From the NCBI GenBank assembly GCA_036495965.1, contig DASXMA010000340.1:6465-70464 (forward strand): 64,000 bases of DNA, read 5' to 3'. Source of the DNA: Mycobacterium sp. (GTDB taxonomy: Bacteria; Actinomycetota; Actinomycetes; Mycobacteriales; Mycobacteriaceae). The notes below the pieces were generated by a model. That model was not told the origin of the DNA. It saw only the letters and a list, made by a program, of their open reading frames with translations, and made no database searches. This document shows, piece by piece, positions 1-11,806 of this stretch (the first letter of the stretch is position 1; the number at the start of each line of letters is the position of its first letter). The translations under genes and the position numbers were made by a program.

Positions 1-984
1 GCGCTGGGCAAGTCGTTTTCGGCGTCGCGGTTTTGGGATGAGGTGATTGCCAGCCGGGCCACGGCGTTCATCTACATCGGCGAGATCTGCCGGTATCTGC
101 TCAACCAGCCGCCCAAGCCCACCGACCGCGCGCACAAGGTGCGCCTGATCGCCGGCAACGGGCTGCGGCCGGAGATCTGGGACGAGTTCACCAAACGTTT
201 CGGCATCGCGCGGGTGTGTGAGTTCTACGCCTCCAGTGAAGGCAACACCGCGTTCATCAACATCTTCAATGTGCCTCGGACCACGGGCATCTCGCCGACG
301 CAGTTGGCTTACGTGGAGTACGACCCCGACACCGGCGCCCCGCTGCGCGACGAGAACGGACGGGTGCGCCGGGTGCCCGCCGGTGAGCCCGGCCTGTTGA
401 TCAGCCCAGTCAACCGGCTGCAACCCTTCGACGGCTACACCGACAAAGCGTCGACTGAAAAGAAGTTGGTGCGCAACGCTTTCCGTGAGGGCGACTGCTG
501 GTTCAATTCGGGCGACGTGATGAGCCCGCAGGGCATGCGGCATGCCGCGTTCGTCGACCGGCTCGGTGATACCTTCCGCTGGAAGGGCGAGAACGTTGCC
601 ACCACACAGGTCGAAGCGGCGCTGACATCCGACGGGTCCGTCGAGGACTGCACGGTCTTCGGCGTCGAGATTCCCCGCACCGGGGGCCGCGCCGGAATGG
701 CCGCGGTCAAGCTGCGCGATGGCGCCGAGTTGGACGGCAAATCCCTGGCCGCCGCGGTCTATGGCCAGCTGCCTGTCTATGCACTGCCGCTGTTCGTGCG
801 GGTGGTCGACGCTCTGGAACAGACCACGACGTTCAAGAGCCGCAAGGTCCAGTTGCGCGAGCAGGCCTACGGCCCCGACGTGAAGGACCCGCTGTACGTG
901 CTGGCCGGCCGCGACGAGGGCTACGTGCCCTACTACGACGAATACCCCGACGAAGTCGCGGCGGGTAAGCGACCGCATTGCTAG
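1..984 (+). CDS. fadD6: Long-chain acyl-CoA synthetase (FATP/FadD6 family), 5' end outside window
   Basis: Frame open from base 1; FATP motifs YIGEICRYLL, FYASSEGN, DRLGDTFRWKGENVAT; lies upstream of folP2. Confidence 0.9.
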   Translation, partial: ALGKSFSASRFWDEVIASRATAFIYIGEICRYLLNQPPKPTDRAHKVRLIAGNGLRPEIWDEFTKRFGIARVCEFYASSEGNTAFINIFNVPRTTGISPTQLAYVEYDPDTGAPLRDENGRVRRVPAGEPGLLISPVNRLQPFDGYTDKASTEKKLVRNAFREGDCWFNSGDVMSPQGMRHAAFVDRLGDTFRWKGENVATTQVEAALTSDGSVEDCTVFGVEIPRTGGRAGMAAVKLRDGAELDGKSLAAAVYGQLPVYALPLFVRVVDALEQTTTFKSRKVQLREQAYGPDVKDPLYVLAGRDEGYVPYYDEYPDEVAAGKRPHC

Positions 985-1066
985 CCGTCCCGGGGAACGC
1001 GCACGCGCTGGTCACAGTCGCTATCCCCGAACGGCGCCGCCGCCGGTGACCAGGCACCATGGATGG

Positions 1067-1942
1067 GTGCAATCAACCCTGTGCGGCCGACCGGTCGCAG
1101 CGGATCGCTCGCTGATCATGGCGATCGTCAATCGCACCCCGGACTCGTTTTATGACAAGGGTGCGGCGTTCAGCGACGACGCTGCCAGAGCTGCGGCACG
1201 CCGGGCCATCGAGGAAGGCGCCGATGTCATCGACGTCGGCGGCGTCAAAGCGGGCCCGGGCGACGATGTCGATGCGGACACCGAGATCGCCCGGCTGGTG
1301 CCGTTCATCGAATGGCTGCGCCACACCTACCCGGACCAGCTGATCAGCGTCGACACCTGGCGCTCAGACGTGGCCAGAGTGTCCTGCGCGGCCGGGGCGG
1401 ACCTGATCAACGACACCTGGGGCGGCATCGACCCCGCCCTGGCCGAGGTGGCCGCGGAGTTCGGTGCGGGCCTGGTGTGTTCGCACACCGGCGGGGCGTT
1501 GCCACGCACGCGTCCGTTCCGGGTGAGTTACGGCACGACCACCCGTGGCGTGGTCGACGACGTGATCCGCCAGGTCACCGAGGCCGCCGAGCGGGCCGTC
1601 GCGGCAGGAGTGGCCCGCGACCGGGTGCTGATCGATCCGACCCACGATTTCGGCAAGAACACCTTCCACGGGCTGGCGTTGTTGCGCCATGTTGGCGATC
1701 TTGTTAATACCGGGTGGCCCGTGCTCATGGCTTTGAGCAATAAGGACTTCGTCGGGGAGACTCTGGGTGTGGGATTGACTGAACGGCTGGAGGGCACACT
1801 GGCAGCCACCGCGCTGGCGGCGGCCGCCGGAGCCCGCATGTTTCGGGTGCACGAGGTCGCGGCCACCCGCCGGGTACTGGAAATGGTGGCCTCGATCCAG
1901 GGGATGCGTCAGCCGACGCGCACCGTGAGGGGACTTGCATGA
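1067..1942 (+). CDS. folP2: Dihydropteroate synthase homolog FolP2
   Basis: MAIVNRTPDSFYD, IDVGG, ISVDT, INDTWG motifs; GTG start chosen at 1067; overlaps gpgS start. Confidence 0.9.
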   Translation: MQSTLCGRPVAADRSLIMAIVNRTPDSFYDKGAAFSDDAARAAARRAIEEGADVIDVGGVKAGPGDDVDADTEIARLVPFIEWLRHTYPDQLISVDTWRSDVARVSCAAGADLINDTWGGIDPALAEVAAEFGAGLVCSHTGGALPRTRPFRVSYGTTTRGVVDDVIRQVTEAAERAVAAGVARDRVLIDPTHDFGKNTFHGLALLRHVGDLVNTGWPVLMALSNKDFVGETLGVGLTERLEGTLAATALAAAAGARMFRVHEVAATRRVLEMVASIQGMRQPTRTVRGLA

Positions 1943-2919
1943 CCGCATCGGAGCTGGTTGCCGCTGACCTCGCCGGCGATGGGGTGCTCGCCGCCCGGCC
2001 CGGTGACATCTGGCTGTCCAACCGCAGCTGGAACCGTCCCGGCTGGACAATCGGGCAACTCGAAGCAGCGAAGGCCGGCCGGACGATTTCGGTGGTGCTG
2101 CCCGCCCTCAACGAGGAAGAAACCATCGAATCGGTGATCGACAGCGTCTCGCCGCTGGTCGATGGTTTGGTCGACGAGCTGATCGTGCTGGACTCCGGCT
2201 CAACAGACGACACCGAGATCCGCGCCATCGCCGCCGGCGCCCGCGTCGTCACCCGCGAACAGGCCCTGCCCGAGATTCCGACACGGCCCGGCAAAGGCGA
2301 AGCGCTGTGGCGTTCGCTGGCGGCCACCGGTGGCGACATCGTGGTGTTCGTTGACTCCGATCTGATCAATCCGCACCCGATGTTTGTGCCGTGGCTGGTC
2401 GGCCCCCTGCTCACCGGCGACGGCATCCACCTGGTCAAGAGCTTCTACCGACGGCCGCTCAATGTCGCCGATTCCGGTGGCGGCGCGGGCGCCACCGGTG
2501 GCGGGCGGGTCACCGAGTTGGTGGCCCGGCCGTTGTTGGCGGCGCTGCGGCCGGAGCTGGGCTGCGTGCTGCAGCCGCTCGGCGGCGAGTACGCGGCCAG
2601 CCGCGAGCTGCTGACCTCGCTGCCATTCGCGCCGGGCTACGGCGTGGAGATCGGCGTGCTGGTCGACACCTTCGACAAGTTGGGCCTGGACGCGATCGCT
2701 CAGGTCAATCTGGGGGTGCGGGCCCACCGCAACCGGCCGCTGGAAGAGCTGGGCGCGATGAGCCGGCAGGTCATCGCGACCCTGCTCGCGCGGTGTGGCA
2801 TCCCCGACTCGGGGGTGGGGTTGACACAGTTCTTCGCCGACGGTGACGGCTACACCCGGCACACCTGGCCGGTGTCGCTGGTGGACCGGCCGCCGATGAC
2901 GGTGTTGCGGCCACGCTGA
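1939..2919 (+). CDS. gpgS: Glucosyl-3-phosphoglycerate synthase
   Basis: GT-A motifs VVLPALNEE, DSGSTD, GKGEALW, DSD, GGRVTELVARP, QPLGGEYA. Confidence 0.93.
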   Translation: MTASELVAADLAGDGVLAARPGDIWLSNRSWNRPGWTIGQLEAAKAGRTISVVLPALNEEETIESVIDSVSPLVDGLVDELIVLDSGSTDDTEIRAIAAGARVVTREQALPEIPTRPGKGEALWRSLAATGGDIVVFVDSDLINPHPMFVPWLVGPLLTGDGIHLVKSFYRRPLNVADSGGGAGATGGGRVTELVARPLLAALRPELGCVLQPLGGEYAASRELLTSLPFAPGYGVEIGVLVDTFDKLGLDAIAQVNLGVRAHRNRPLEELGAMSRQVIATLLARCGIPDSGVGLTQFFADGDGYTRHTWPVSLVDRPPMTVLRPR

Positions 2920-2957
2920 TCGGCTCGGTGTCGGCGGTATAGGGCAATATCGTTCAC

Positions 2958-3335
2958 GTGGCGTTGGTCTTGCTTTACCTGGTGGTGCTGGTGCTGGTGG
3001 CGATTGTGCTGTTCGGTGCGGCCAGCCTGCTGTTCGGTCGCGGCGAGCAGCTGCCGCCCCTTCCGCGCGGCACGACGGCCACGGTGCTGCCCGCCTACGG
3101 CGTCACGGGTTCCGACGTCGACGCCGTCAAATTCACCCAGGCGCTGCGCGGCTACAAGACCAGCGAGGTGGACTGGGTGCTGGAGCGGCTGGCCCGTGAG
3201 CTGGAGGCGTTACGCGGCGAACTGGCCGCCGCGCACGCCTCGTCGGTCGCCGAGAGTGGAGCCGAGGCCGGTCAGCCCGACGCCGCAACTGCTGAGGGCG
3301 GCCGCGACGTTGGAGATCAGCAGGATCGGACGTGA
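2958..3335 (+). CDS. DivIVA-domain membrane-anchored protein (Rv1209-like)
   Basis: N-terminal TM helix, then FTQALRGYKTSEVD (DivIVA-like motif) and a coiled coil. Confidence 0.85.
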   Translation: MALVLLYLVVLVLVAIVLFGAASLLFGRGEQLPPLPRGTTATVLPAYGVTGSDVDAVKFTQALRGYKTSEVDWVLERLARELEALRGELAAAHASSVAESGAEAGQPDAATAEGGRDVGDQQDRT

Positions 3336-3913
3336 GCGACGACGGGCTGGTGCGCTGCGGCTGGGCGGATCTTCGGCTCGGGGCCGACTATGAGCTGTAT
3401 CGCAACTACCACGACCAGGAGTGGGGCCGGCCAACCCATGGCCGGGTGGCGTTGTTCGAGCGGATGAGCCTCGAGGCCTTCCAGAGCGGCCTGTCGTGGC
3501 TGATCATCCTGCGCAAACGGGAGAATTTTCGGCGCGCCTTCTCCGGCTTCGACATCGAGACGGTCGCGCGCTATACCGACGCCGACGTGCAACGGCTGAT
3601 GGCCGACCCGGGGATCGTCCGAAACCGGGCCAAGATCGAGGCGACGATCGCCAACGCCCGTGCGGCGGCTGACCTGGGAACTTCGGAAGACCTGTCCGAG
3701 CTGCTGTGGTCGTTTGCGCCGCCGCGGCGCCCCCGGCCCGCCGACCTGTCTGAAATCCCGTCGGCCACGGCCGAATCGAAGGCCATGGCGCGCGAGCTGA
3801 AACGACGCGGATTTCGCTTCGTCGGGCCTACCACCGCCTATGCGCTGATGCAGGCGACCGGCATGGTGGACGACCATATCCGCGCTTGCTGGGTGCCCGC
3901 ACAAGAGCAGTGA
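3332..3913 (+). CDS. tagA: DNA-3-methyladenine glycosylase I
   Basis: RCGWA, YHDQEWG, LEAFQSGLSW, FVGPTTAYALMQATGMVDDH motifs. Confidence 0.93.
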   Translation: MSDDGLVRCGWADLRLGADYELYRNYHDQEWGRPTHGRVALFERMSLEAFQSGLSWLIILRKRENFRRAFSGFDIETVARYTDADVQRLMADPGIVRNRAKIEATIANARAAADLGTSEDLSELLWSFAPPRRPRPADLSEIPSATAESKAMARELKRRGFRFVGPTTAYALMQATGMVDDHIRACWVPAQEQ

Positions 3914-4079
3914 GGTCCGAGAGCCGGGTCTTTGTGTAACTGCTGACCCGAATAGGGAACAATGGGGGAGTGATTTGGCGGTTCAATGTCGGGTATGGCT
4001 GGAAATCCACTGGCGGGGCGTGCTCGCCGCCGACCCCTTTCGGGAAGGCGGGCCAGCTCGAACTTGGAGGGAGCACTCG

Positions 4080-4247
4080 ATGGCGGCGATGAAGCCCCGG
4101 ACCGGAGACGGTCCTCTGGAAGCAACCAAGGAGGGGCGCGGCATCGTGATGCGGGTACCACTTGAGGGTGGTGGTCGTCTTGTCGTCGAGTTGACGCCCG
4201 ACGAAGCCGCCGCGCTGGGCGACGAACTCAAGGGCGTCACCAGCTAA
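4080..4247 (+). CDS. DUF3117 family small protein (Rv1211-like)
   Basis: MAAMKPRTGDGPLEATKEGRGIVMRVPLEGGGRLVVEL; GGAGG RBS upstream of ATG 4080. Confidence 0.9.
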   Translation: MAAMKPRTGDGPLEATKEGRGIVMRVPLEGGGRLVVELTPDEAAALGDELKGVTS

Positions 4248-4273
4248 GACCAGCTACCGTCTGCCGGGCGAGG

Positions 4274-5437
4274 TCACGCACAAACCTTCCGGTAGATGTC
4301 CAGCGTTTGCTCGGCGACGCGGGACCAGGAGAATTCCTCAATGCAGCGCTGGCGCCCCGCACGGCCGTAGCGTTCCGCTTTTTCGGGGTCGGCGACTAGC
4401 GCATTGACCGCTTGGGCCAATCTGGCTTGGTAACCGCCTGGGTCGTCGGCGTCATAGTGCACCAGCGACCCGGTGACCCCGTCGGCGACCACCTCGGGTA
4501 TCCCGCCGACGTCGGAGGCCACCACCGCGGTAGCGCAGGCCATCGCCTCCAGGTTCACAATGCCCAACGGCTCGTACACGGACGGGCACACAAAGACGGC
4601 TGCCGCCGAAAGTATTTCGCGTAGCTTTCCGATGGGCAGCATTTCCCGGATCCAGAACACCCCGGTGCGATTGCGGGCCAATGCGGCTACGGCGCACTGA
4701 ATCTCGTCGGCTATCTCCGGGGTGTCGGGAGCGCCGGCGCACAGCACCAACTGCACGTCGGGGCTGAATTGGTGCGCGGCCGCCAGCAGATGTGCCATGC
4801 CCTTCTGCCGGGTGATCCGCCCGACGAACGCCACGCTGGGCCGGCTTGGATCGACGCCGAGTTCGGCCAGCACGGAGCCGGTGCACACCGGCCCTGCCGG
4901 ATACCACACGTCGGTGTCGATCCCACTCCGAATGACGTGTACCAGGCTCGGATCCAGCGTCGGGTAGACCCGCAGCACGTCCTCACGCATACCGGAGCTG
5001 ACCGCGATCACCGCGTCGGCGGCCAGCACCGCGGTGTGTTCCACCCACGTCGACACGCGATAGCCGCCGCCGAGTTGTTCGGCCTTCCATGGCCGCATCG
5101 GCTCGAGCGAATGCGCGGTCAGCACGTGCGGGATGTCGTAGAGCAAAGCGGCCAGATGCCCGGCCAGGCCGGTGTACCAGGTGTGTGAATGCACGACGGT
5201 GGCCGCAGATGCGGCATTGGCCATCACGAGGTCGGTGGACAAAGTGGACAGAGCCGGGTTGGCGCCGTGGATCCGCGGGTCGGGCTGATGGGCGAAGGCG
5301 CCGGGACGAGGTGCGCCCATGCAGTGCACGTCGACCGTGCACAGCCGGCGCAGTTGTGCGACCAGTTCGGTGACGTGTACCCCGGCTCCGCCGTAGACCT
5401 CTGGTGGGTACTCCCGAGTCATCATCGCCACCCGCAT
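4274..5437 (-). CDS. glgA: Alpha-maltose-1-phosphate synthase / glycogen synthase (GlgM, formerly GlgA)
   Basis: MRVAMMTREYPPEVYGGAGVH N-terminus; GT4 motif EPLGIVNLEAM; divergent from glgC. Confidence 0.92.
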   Translation of the reverse strand: MRVAMMTREYPPEVYGGAGVHVTELVAQLRRLCTVDVHCMGAPRPGAFAHQPDPRIHGANPALSTLSTDLVMANAASAATVVHSHTWYTGLAGHLAALLYDIPHVLTAHSLEPMRPWKAEQLGGGYRVSTWVEHTAVLAADAVIAVSSGMREDVLRVYPTLDPSLVHVIRSGIDTDVWYPAGPVCTGSVLAELGVDPSRPSVAFVGRITRQKGMAHLLAAAHQFSPDVQLVLCAGAPDTPEIADEIQCAVAALARNRTGVFWIREMLPIGKLREILSAAAVFVCPSVYEPLGIVNLEAMACATAVVASDVGGIPEVVADGVTGSLVHYDADDPGGYQARLAQAVNALVADPEKAERYGRAGRQRCIEEFSWSRVAEQTLDIYRKVCA

Positions 5438-5615
5438 ACTCCGCACCGTAGTTCGGTGACGTCCCCGTCCGCGAGTCGGGCCGGACGATCGATGATCGGC
5501 GCGTCGAACCGAGCCAAATACCTTGACGGACAGCCCGTCAGAGCTTGCCAAATCGGGAGGCCAATAGGGCGATTCCCCCTGGCAGCGGTTCGCGGCGGCC
5601 GATAGGTTAACAACC

Positions 5616-6830
5616 ATGAGGGAAGCGCCACACGTGCTGGGCATCGTGCTGGCCGGCGGTGAGGGCAAGCGGCTTTATCCGCTGACCGCGGACCGGGCCA
5701 AACCCGCAGTTCCCTTCGGTGGCGCCTATCGGCTGATCGATTTCGTGCTCTCCAACCTCGTCAATGCGCGTTATCTGAGAGTGTGCGTTCTCACCCAATA
5801 CAAATCGCATTCGCTGGACCGCCACATTTCGCAGAATTGGCGGTTATCCGGGCTGGCCGGTGAGTACATCACCCCGGTGCCGGCACAGCAGCGCCTCGGC
5901 CCGCGCTGGTACACCGGCTCCGCCGACGCGATCTATCAGTCGCTCAACCTGATCTACGACGAAGACCCGGACTACATAGTGGTTTTCGGCGCCGATCACG
6001 TGTATCGGATGGATCCCGAGCAGATGGTGCGGTTCCACGTCGACAGCGGGGCCGGCGCAACCGTGGCCGGCATCCGGGTACCGCGTGGCGAGGCCACCGC
6101 GTTCGGCTGCATTGACGCCGACGACTCCGGCCGGATCCACAGTTTCCTGGAGAAGCCGCTGGACCCGCCGGGAACGCCCGATGATCCGGAGACGACGTTT
6201 GCGTCGATGGGCAATTACATCTTCACCACCAAGGTGCTCATCGATGCGATTCGTGCCGACGCCGACGACGACCACTCGGATCACGACATGGGTGGTGACA
6301 TCATCCCGCGATTGGTGGACGACGGGATGGCCGCGGTTTACGACTTCTCCGATAACGAGGTGCCCGGAGCCACCGACCGCGACCGGGCCTACTGGCGTGA
6401 TGTCGGGACGCTGGACGCGTTCTACGACGCGCACATGGACCTGGTGTCGGTGCACCCGGTGTTCAATCTGTACAACCGGCGCTGGCCCATCCGCGGTGCG
6501 ACGGAGAACCTGGCGCCGGCGAAGTTCGTCAACGGTGGCTCGGCCCAGGAGTCGGTAGTCGGCGCGGGCAGCATCATCTCGGCGGCGTCGGTGCGCAACT
6601 CGGTGCTGTCGTCCAATGTTGTGGTCGACGATGGTGCGATCGTGGAGGGCAGTGTGATCATGCCGGGCACCCGGGTCGGCCGCGGTGCGGTGGTACGCCA
6701 CGCCATCCTGGACAAGAACGTCGTCGTCGGCCCCGGTGAGATGGTGGGAGTGGATCTGGAGAAGGACCGGGAACGCTTCGCGATCAGCTCCGGCGGTGTG
6801 GTCGCGGTGGGCAAGGGCGTCTGGATCTAG
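5616..6830 (+). CDS. glgC: Glucose-1-phosphate adenylyltransferase
   Basis: [34 protein letters not shown] motifs. Confidence 0.96.
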   Translation: MREAPHVLGIVLAGGEGKRLYPLTADRAKPAVPFGGAYRLIDFVLSNLVNARYLRVCVLTQYKSHSLDRHISQNWRLSGLAGEYITPVPAQQRLGPRWYTGSADAIYQSLNLIYDEDPDYIVVFGADHVYRMDPEQMVRFHVDSGAGATVAGIRVPRGEATAFGCIDADDSGRIHSFLEKPLDPPGTPDDPETTFASMGNYIFTTKVLIDAIRADADDDHSDHDMGGDIIPRLVDDGMAAVYDFSDNEVPGATDRDRAYWRDVGTLDAFYDAHMDLVSVHPVFNLYNRRWPIRGATENLAPAKFVNGGSAQESVVGAGSIISAASVRNSVLSSNVVVDDGAIVEGSVIMPGTRVGRGAVVRHAILDKNVVVGPGEMVGVDLEKDRERFAISSGGVVAVGKGVWI

Positions 6831-8521
6831 CTCGATTCCTCGGGGATCTCCGGGATCAGCAGATGCGCGTCGTGACGCGGGCCCCAATGCAGGGTGACCC
6901 GACCGCGCGGTGAGTTGAGGTAGGCCGCCGGGAGTTGGCCGGTGAGCGGATTGCGTGGACACAGCCAGCGTCCGGCGACCACCAGCCGCAGCTGCTCGCC
7001 GGCACGGAACAGCGTCGCCGACGGGCCCAGTGCGACATCGACTGCGACCACCTCGCCGGCGGAGAGCGGCTGCGGCTCCGCGCATGTCGCGACAGGCTCC
7101 CAGGGCTGCGAGAGCTCGGGGTCCAATGCACGCAGCGAGACGCGCTGCCAGCCGGTGGTGATCCGGTCACGGCCATAGCCGTAGGATCCCTCGAATTCGA
7201 CGAACCGCCCATCGCGCCACTTCTCCACGCCGACGAAAAGGTTCGCGTCATCACAGCCGTCCAGTTCCACCCACAACCGCGCGACCATCGGACCGGTCAG
7301 CTCGTTCTCTGCGGGGAAGGTCCAGCTGAATGCCGCTGCACGAGAATGGGTTTCGAAAGTGATGCTGCCCGCTGTCTGCGGCTGCTCGGGTGCCAACGCC
7401 CTGCTATCGGCGAGGTACATTGGCCGCCAACGGGTTCGGCGAAGCGGCCACTCGGTTTCTTCGCGCACCGCGGTGATGGTGTCGAGGTCCTCGCGTACCT
7501 CGAGGCGAACGCTGCGGGAATCGGGCGCGCCGTTCAGCACGCCGCGGAAGAAATTCAGTTGCTCAGCCAGCGCGGCTTCGGAGTAGAAAGTCGCCCATTT
7601 TCCGCCGCGGTGGGTGTAGAGGCGGGCGTTGGCGGAGGCGCCGCGGGTGAAAGCCCGGACCGAGCCGCGGGTGTGCAGGTTGTTGTCCGAGAAGCTGCCG
7701 CAGACCAGCATCGGAACCGTGATGGCCGACAGGTCGGGTACCAACGAGTGCCAGAAGTCGTCGCACAGCGGATGCTCATCTTGCATCGGCCCGAGGGTGT
7801 AGATCTGCCGCGTATCGCGAGACACGTTCCTTGACCACAACTTGGTGAAGCCGGTCTCCCGAACTCCGCCCGGGAAGGTGAGGTCGCGATACGCGTCGGA
7901 GAAGCCTTCCCACGGGCAGATCGCCCGCAGCGCGGGTGGCTGCAGGGCGGCGACGGCGTACTGGCTGATGGCCAAATACGAGACGCCGAGCATCACGACG
8001 TTGCCGTCGCACCACGGCTGGTCGGCGATCCACTGCACGAGGTCATAGGTGTCCTCGGCTTCTTGGCGCGAGAGCAGCTTTCCGGTGCCGTCGGAATGGC
8101 CGCAGCCGCGCGAGTCGGCATTCACCACGGTGAAGCCTTGCGCGGTCCACCAGGCCGGATCCGGGGCCTCCCAGCCGGTCATGGCCGAGAAGCTCACCGG
8201 TTTCGGCTGGCGCAACACGCGGTATTGCACCGAGAACGTCCACTTCCTGCCCCGCCGCTTCGGCAGATTGTCTTTGCCGTAGGGATGGATGCTCAGGATG
8301 ACCGGCCGAGCGATGCCGTCGCTTTTTCGGAAGACGTTGATACGCAACACTGTTCCGTCTCGCGTTGGCACGTTGACGTCACCCTCGATGAGGATGTCTC
8401 TCGGTGGATCGGTGACGGTTACCGGGGGTTTGGCGATGGAGCGAATCCGGCCCAGCGCGTACCGCAGAGCGCCAGGTCGTCGCCAGGGCCGGTCCAGGGT
8501 AGGTGCCGCGTTCCGCGCCAC
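6827..8521 (-). CDS. CocE/NonD family hydrolase (Rv1215c-like)
   Basis: [26 protein letters not shown] nucleophile elbow. Confidence 0.88.
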   Translation of the reverse strand: MARNAAPTLDRPWRRPGALRYALGRIRSIAKPPVTVTDPPRDILIEGDVNVPTRDGTVLRINVFRKSDGIARPVILSIHPYGKDNLPKRRGRKWTFSVQYRVLRQPKPVSFSAMTGWEAPDPAWWTAQGFTVVNADSRGCGHSDGTGKLLSRQEAEDTYDLVQWIADQPWCDGNVVMLGVSYLAISQYAVAALQPPALRAICPWEGFSDAYRDLTFPGGVRETGFTKLWSRNVSRDTRQIYTLGPMQDEHPLCDDFWHSLVPDLSAITVPMLVCGSFSDNNLHTRGSVRAFTRGASANARLYTHRGGKWATFYSEAALAEQLNFFRGVLNGAPDSRSVRLEVREDLDTITAVREETEWPLRRTRWRPMYLADSRALAPEQPQTAGSITFETHSRAAAFSWTFPAENELTGPMVARLWVELDGCDDANLFVGVEKWRDGRFVEFEGSYGYGRDRITTGWQRVSLRALDPELSQPWEPVATCAEPQPLSAGEVVAVDVALGPSATLFRAGEQLRLVVAGRWLCPRNPLTGQLPAAYLNSPRGRVTLHWGPRHDAHLLIPEIPEESS

Positions 8522-8550
8522 GCCATCACCCTAGAGCGCGACGACGTCGG

Positions 8551-9225
8551 TCACCACACGTAAGGCACCAGGCGATAGCGAACTCGCTGGGTGTATTCGC
8601 GGTATCCGGTCAATTGCTGGGTGAGTAGCTTCTCCTCGTCCACGATGCGGAAGACGATCACCGCCTGGCCCGGTATGACGAACAGAAGTCCCCAGTAGGA
8701 GCCGAGCGCAAGGGGAATGCCGATCATCATGATCAGGTTGCCGACATACATCGGGTGCCGCACAAACTTGTAGACACCGCTGGAGGCGACCGTCTGACCG
8801 GTCTCCACCGTGACCGTGGCGCCCGCATAGGAGTTCTGGATGACTACCAGCATGGCGATACCGAGTCCGGTCGCTACCAGGACATCACCGAGCACTGACA
8901 CCCAGGCGGGCACCGATGACCAGCCCATCCGATGGTCGTACGCGCTGAACACCGCCATCGCGAACAGTGCCAGAAACGCGCCGGTGATCACCACCTTTTG
9001 CAGCGTTCTGCCTTCTGCCAGTGGGCCGCCGTGCATTCGGCGCTGCAGCGCGGCCGGATTTGTCCGCGCAAGGTAGATGCTCGGGAAGATCGTCACCGCG
9101 ACGAAGGTGGCTGCGAAAGCCCATGCTTGCCAATAGTTTAACGTGCCGGCCGGCAAGAACAGGATCAAGCCCAATACGGCGAGTCCATACACTGATGTGG
9201 TCGTCGCTCGAACACCAGTCTTCAC
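8551..9225 (-). CDS. Isoprenylcysteine carboxylmethyltransferase-family membrane protein (Rv1216c-like)
   Basis: GVYKFVRHPMYVG and EEKLL..GYREY..RVRYRLVPYVW motifs; GTG start overlaps stop of upstream permease. Confidence 0.88.
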   Translation of the reverse strand: MKTGVRATTTSVYGLAVLGLILFLPAGTLNYWQAWAFAATFVAVTIFPSIYLARTNPAALQRRMHGGPLAEGRTLQKVVITGAFLALFAMAVFSAYDHRMGWSSVPAWVSVLGDVLVATGLGIAMLVVIQNSYAGATVTVETGQTVASSGVYKFVRHPMYVGNLIMMIGIPLALGSYWGLLFVIPGQAVIVFRIVDEEKLLTQQLTGYREYTQRVRYRLVPYVW

Positions 9226-10865
9226 GATCGTAGATCCCTCCGTCGAAAGGCGATGGCCCCCAGCGCAATCAATACGATATCGATGGCTAACAACCACAAC
9301 AGGGGCACAGCGGTGAAGCCGCTGCCGACCCGCGGAATGTGGGCGAACGGCTCGAGATCGAGCAACCACTGCGGGAAGCCCGCCAACGAGCCGATCAGGT
9401 ATACGGCGATGAATCCCACCAGTACGCCCCACGCCAGCGGCGTGAACCGCGGCGCGATACCGAATAATGCGACCGTCACGCCGGACAGCAGCCAGACCGC
9501 AGGCAGTTGTACGGCCGCAGTTCCGACAACAATGGCCAGCTTGCCGCCGACGTCGCCGGCCGCGAAGCCGTACACGAGTCCGCCCACCAGGCCGCAGGCC
9601 AGCATCGCGAACGTGGACCCGGCCAGTGCGGCGGTCAAATGGCTGGCCAGCCAACGAGTGCGCGAGACCGCACCGGCCAGCGTGGTCTCGGCTCGCTGTG
9701 CGGACTCTTCCTGGTGTAGCCGCAAGGTGAGCGAGATGGCGAACGCGGCCGCCACCATGCCCATCATGGCGAACGCCACCGCGACGAAAGCCTCCTCCAA
9801 GGCGCTGGTGCCGCCCATCCGCGCGACGATGTCGCGTGCCAGGGTGCTGTCGCCCAGCTCGTCGCCGATGCCGTGCACCACACTGCCCATCACAAGCCCA
9901 TACAGACACAGGCCCACGGTCCACAGCAGTAGTGCGCCACGATCCAGTCGCCAGGCCAACCCGAAGACATTGCCCAGCGCCGGCGCGGCGGTACCGGGCC
10001 CGGCGCGCTCGGCAACGAGTCCGGCGCCGACGTCGCGGCCGGCGAGCAGCCGATACGCCACCGCCGTGAGTAGCGCCGCCGTGGTCAGATGCAGCAACAG
10101 CACCCACCAGCGGTCGCCCGCGTATGGCCTGACCTGTAATGACCAGCCCAGCGGCGAGAGCCACGACAGCGTGCCAGAACCGGCATCACCGATGGCGCGC
10201 AGCGTGAATGCGGCCGCCAACACGGCGAACGCGACCCCGCGGGCGAATCGTGCGCTCGGCGACAGCTGCGCGGCCACCCCGGCAACTGCGGTGAACACCA
10301 AGCCGGAGCCGGCGAGCGCCGCGCCGAAAGCCAATGACCCGCCGGGCGGGATGTCGGTGCTGAGCAATCCCGCCGCGCCGATCGCGCCGGTCGCGATCGA
10401 GGCCCCGAACGACAACATCAGCGCCGCACTGAGGCTGGCATACCGGCCGACCGCGGTCGAGTCCATCAGCTCGGTCCGGCCGGTTTCCTCGTCAGCGCGG
10501 GTGTGCCGGATCACCGTGAGGATGACGGCCACCGCGATCAGCACATGAAACATGCCGGCTTTCCAAATGCCGACTGCCCCAAGGCTGTCGTTGTAGATCT
10601 GCCCATAGAGCGCACGCTGGGCCGGGCTGGCCATGATGGAGGCCGCAAATCCGGCCCGGCCGGCCTGGGTGGGGTAGACCTTCTCGATGCTGCCGATGTA
10701 TACCGTGGCCAACGGGAGCGAGAGCAGCAGCACCCACAGCGGCAACGAGATTCGATCGCGGCGCAAATAAAGCCGCAGCATCCCAAGCGTTCCGGAGAAG
10801 TTCGAACTGCGTTGCGGCCCACGCTGTGCAGGTGGGTGTGGCCGCTCCAGAATCGCGGTGTTCAT
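9222..10865 (-). CDS. ABC transporter permease (Rv1217c-like)
   Basis: Polytopic membrane protein with [13 protein letters not shown] and C-terminal FRRRDL; coupled to ATPase gene. Confidence 0.9.
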   Translation of the reverse strand: MNTAILERPHPPAQRGPQRSSNFSGTLGMLRLYLRRDRISLPLWVLLLSLPLATVYIGSIEKVYPTQAGRAGFAASIMASPAQRALYGQIYNDSLGAVGIWKAGMFHVLIAVAVILTVIRHTRADEETGRTELMDSTAVGRYASLSAALMLSFGASIATGAIGAAGLLSTDIPPGGSLAFGAALAGSGLVFTAVAGVAAQLSPSARFARGVAFAVLAAAFTLRAIGDAGSGTLSWLSPLGWSLQVRPYAGDRWWVLLLHLTTAALLTAVAYRLLAGRDVGAGLVAERAGPGTAAPALGNVFGLAWRLDRGALLLWTVGLCLYGLVMGSVVHGIGDELGDSTLARDIVARMGGTSALEEAFVAVAFAMMGMVAAAFAISLTLRLHQEESAQRAETTLAGAVSRTRWLASHLTAALAGSTFAMLACGLVGGLVYGFAAGDVGGKLAIVVGTAAVQLPAVWLLSGVTVALFGIAPRFTPLAWGVLVGFIAVYLIGSLAGFPQWLLDLEPFAHIPRVGSGFTAVPLLWLLAIDIVLIALGAIAFRRRDLRS

Positions 10866-11806
10866 CGCGCCGAAACCTTCTTACTGGTTTGCTCACGTTG
10901 ACCGTCGGTGCCCGCCGTGTCGTAGTGGCGCAGGAAGAGTTCTTCGAGAGTCGGCGGCTGACTGACGAGGCTGCGCACTCCGGCGTCGCCGAGCACCCGG
11001 ATGAGCTCTCCGAGGCTTTCGCTGTCGACCTGGGCGCGCAGGGTGTTGCCGTCGATACTGATGTCTTCGACCCCTTTGATCCGAGTGAGATCGCCGGGAT
11101 CACCGGTCATTTCGGCTTTGATCGAGGTGCGGCTGAGGTGACGCATCGAGTCCAGCGAACCGCTCTCGATGGTCCTGCCGGCCCGGATGATGGTCACCCT
11201 TTCGCACAGCGCTTCTGTTTCTGCCAGGATGTGGCTGGACAACAAGACAGTCACACCGCGGTCTCGCGCCTCGCCGACGCACTGCTGAAATATGTTCTCC
11301 ATCAACGGGTCCAGTCCGCTGCTGGGCTCATCCAAGAGCAGTAGCCCGGCCCGCGACGAGAAGGCTGAAATCAGGGAGACCTTTTGGCGGTTGCCCTTCG
11401 AGTACGTGCGAGCCTTCTTGTGCGGATCGAGGTCGAACCGCTCGATCAGCTCTCTGCGACGGTTGTCGTCGATGCCGCCACGCATTCGGGCCAGCAAGTC
11501 GATGGTCTCGCCGCCGGTAAGCGACGGCCATAGTGTGACATCGCCTGGCACATAAGCGATCTGGCGGTGCAATTCGACAGCGTCGGTCCAAGGGTCGCCG
11601 CCCAGCAACCGCACGTTCCCGCCATCGGCCTTCACCAGACCCAGCAGGATGCGGATGGTGGTGGATTTCCCGGCGCCGTTCGGTCCGAGGAACCCGTGCA
11701 CTTCTCCTGCACGTACCGTCAGGTTGAGGCCGTCCAGCGCCCGCACAGCTCCGAAATTCTTGCTCAGATTGCGGATTTCGATGGGCGCGGAATTGTCAAC
11801 TGGCAT
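10862..11806 (-). CDS. ABC transporter ATP-binding protein (Rv1218c-like)
   Basis: Walker [18 protein letters not shown] signature, LLLLDEP Walker B. Confidence 0.93.
   Translation of the reverse strand: MPVDNSAPIEIRNLSKNFGAVRALDGLNLTVRAGEVHGFLGPNGAGKSTTIRILLGLVKADGGNVRLLGGDPWTDAVELHRQIAYVPGDVTLWPSLTGGETIDLLARMRGGIDDNRRRELIERFDLDPHKKARTYSKGNRQKVSLISAFSSRAGLLLLDEPSSGLDPLMENIFQQCVGEARDRGVTVLLSSHILAETEALCERVTIIRAGRTIESGSLDSMRHLSRTSIKAEMTGDPGDLTRIKGVEDISIDGNTLRAQVDSESLGELIRVLGDAGVRSLVSQPPTLEELFLRHYDTAGTDGQREQTSKKVSAR

Noticed and set aside
3956-3983. SigE/SigH promoter GGAAC...GTT upstream of the DUF3117 gene
   Set aside because: The 20-nt spacer is longer than the usual consensus
8551-10164. 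537-aa extended version of the methyltransferase ORF (likewise the extended 20116-21954, 22459-24177 and 4274-5668 ORFs)
   Set aside because: Extensions overlap neighbouring genes or regulatory DNA; family-typical N-termini and overlapping start/stop codons point to shorter starts
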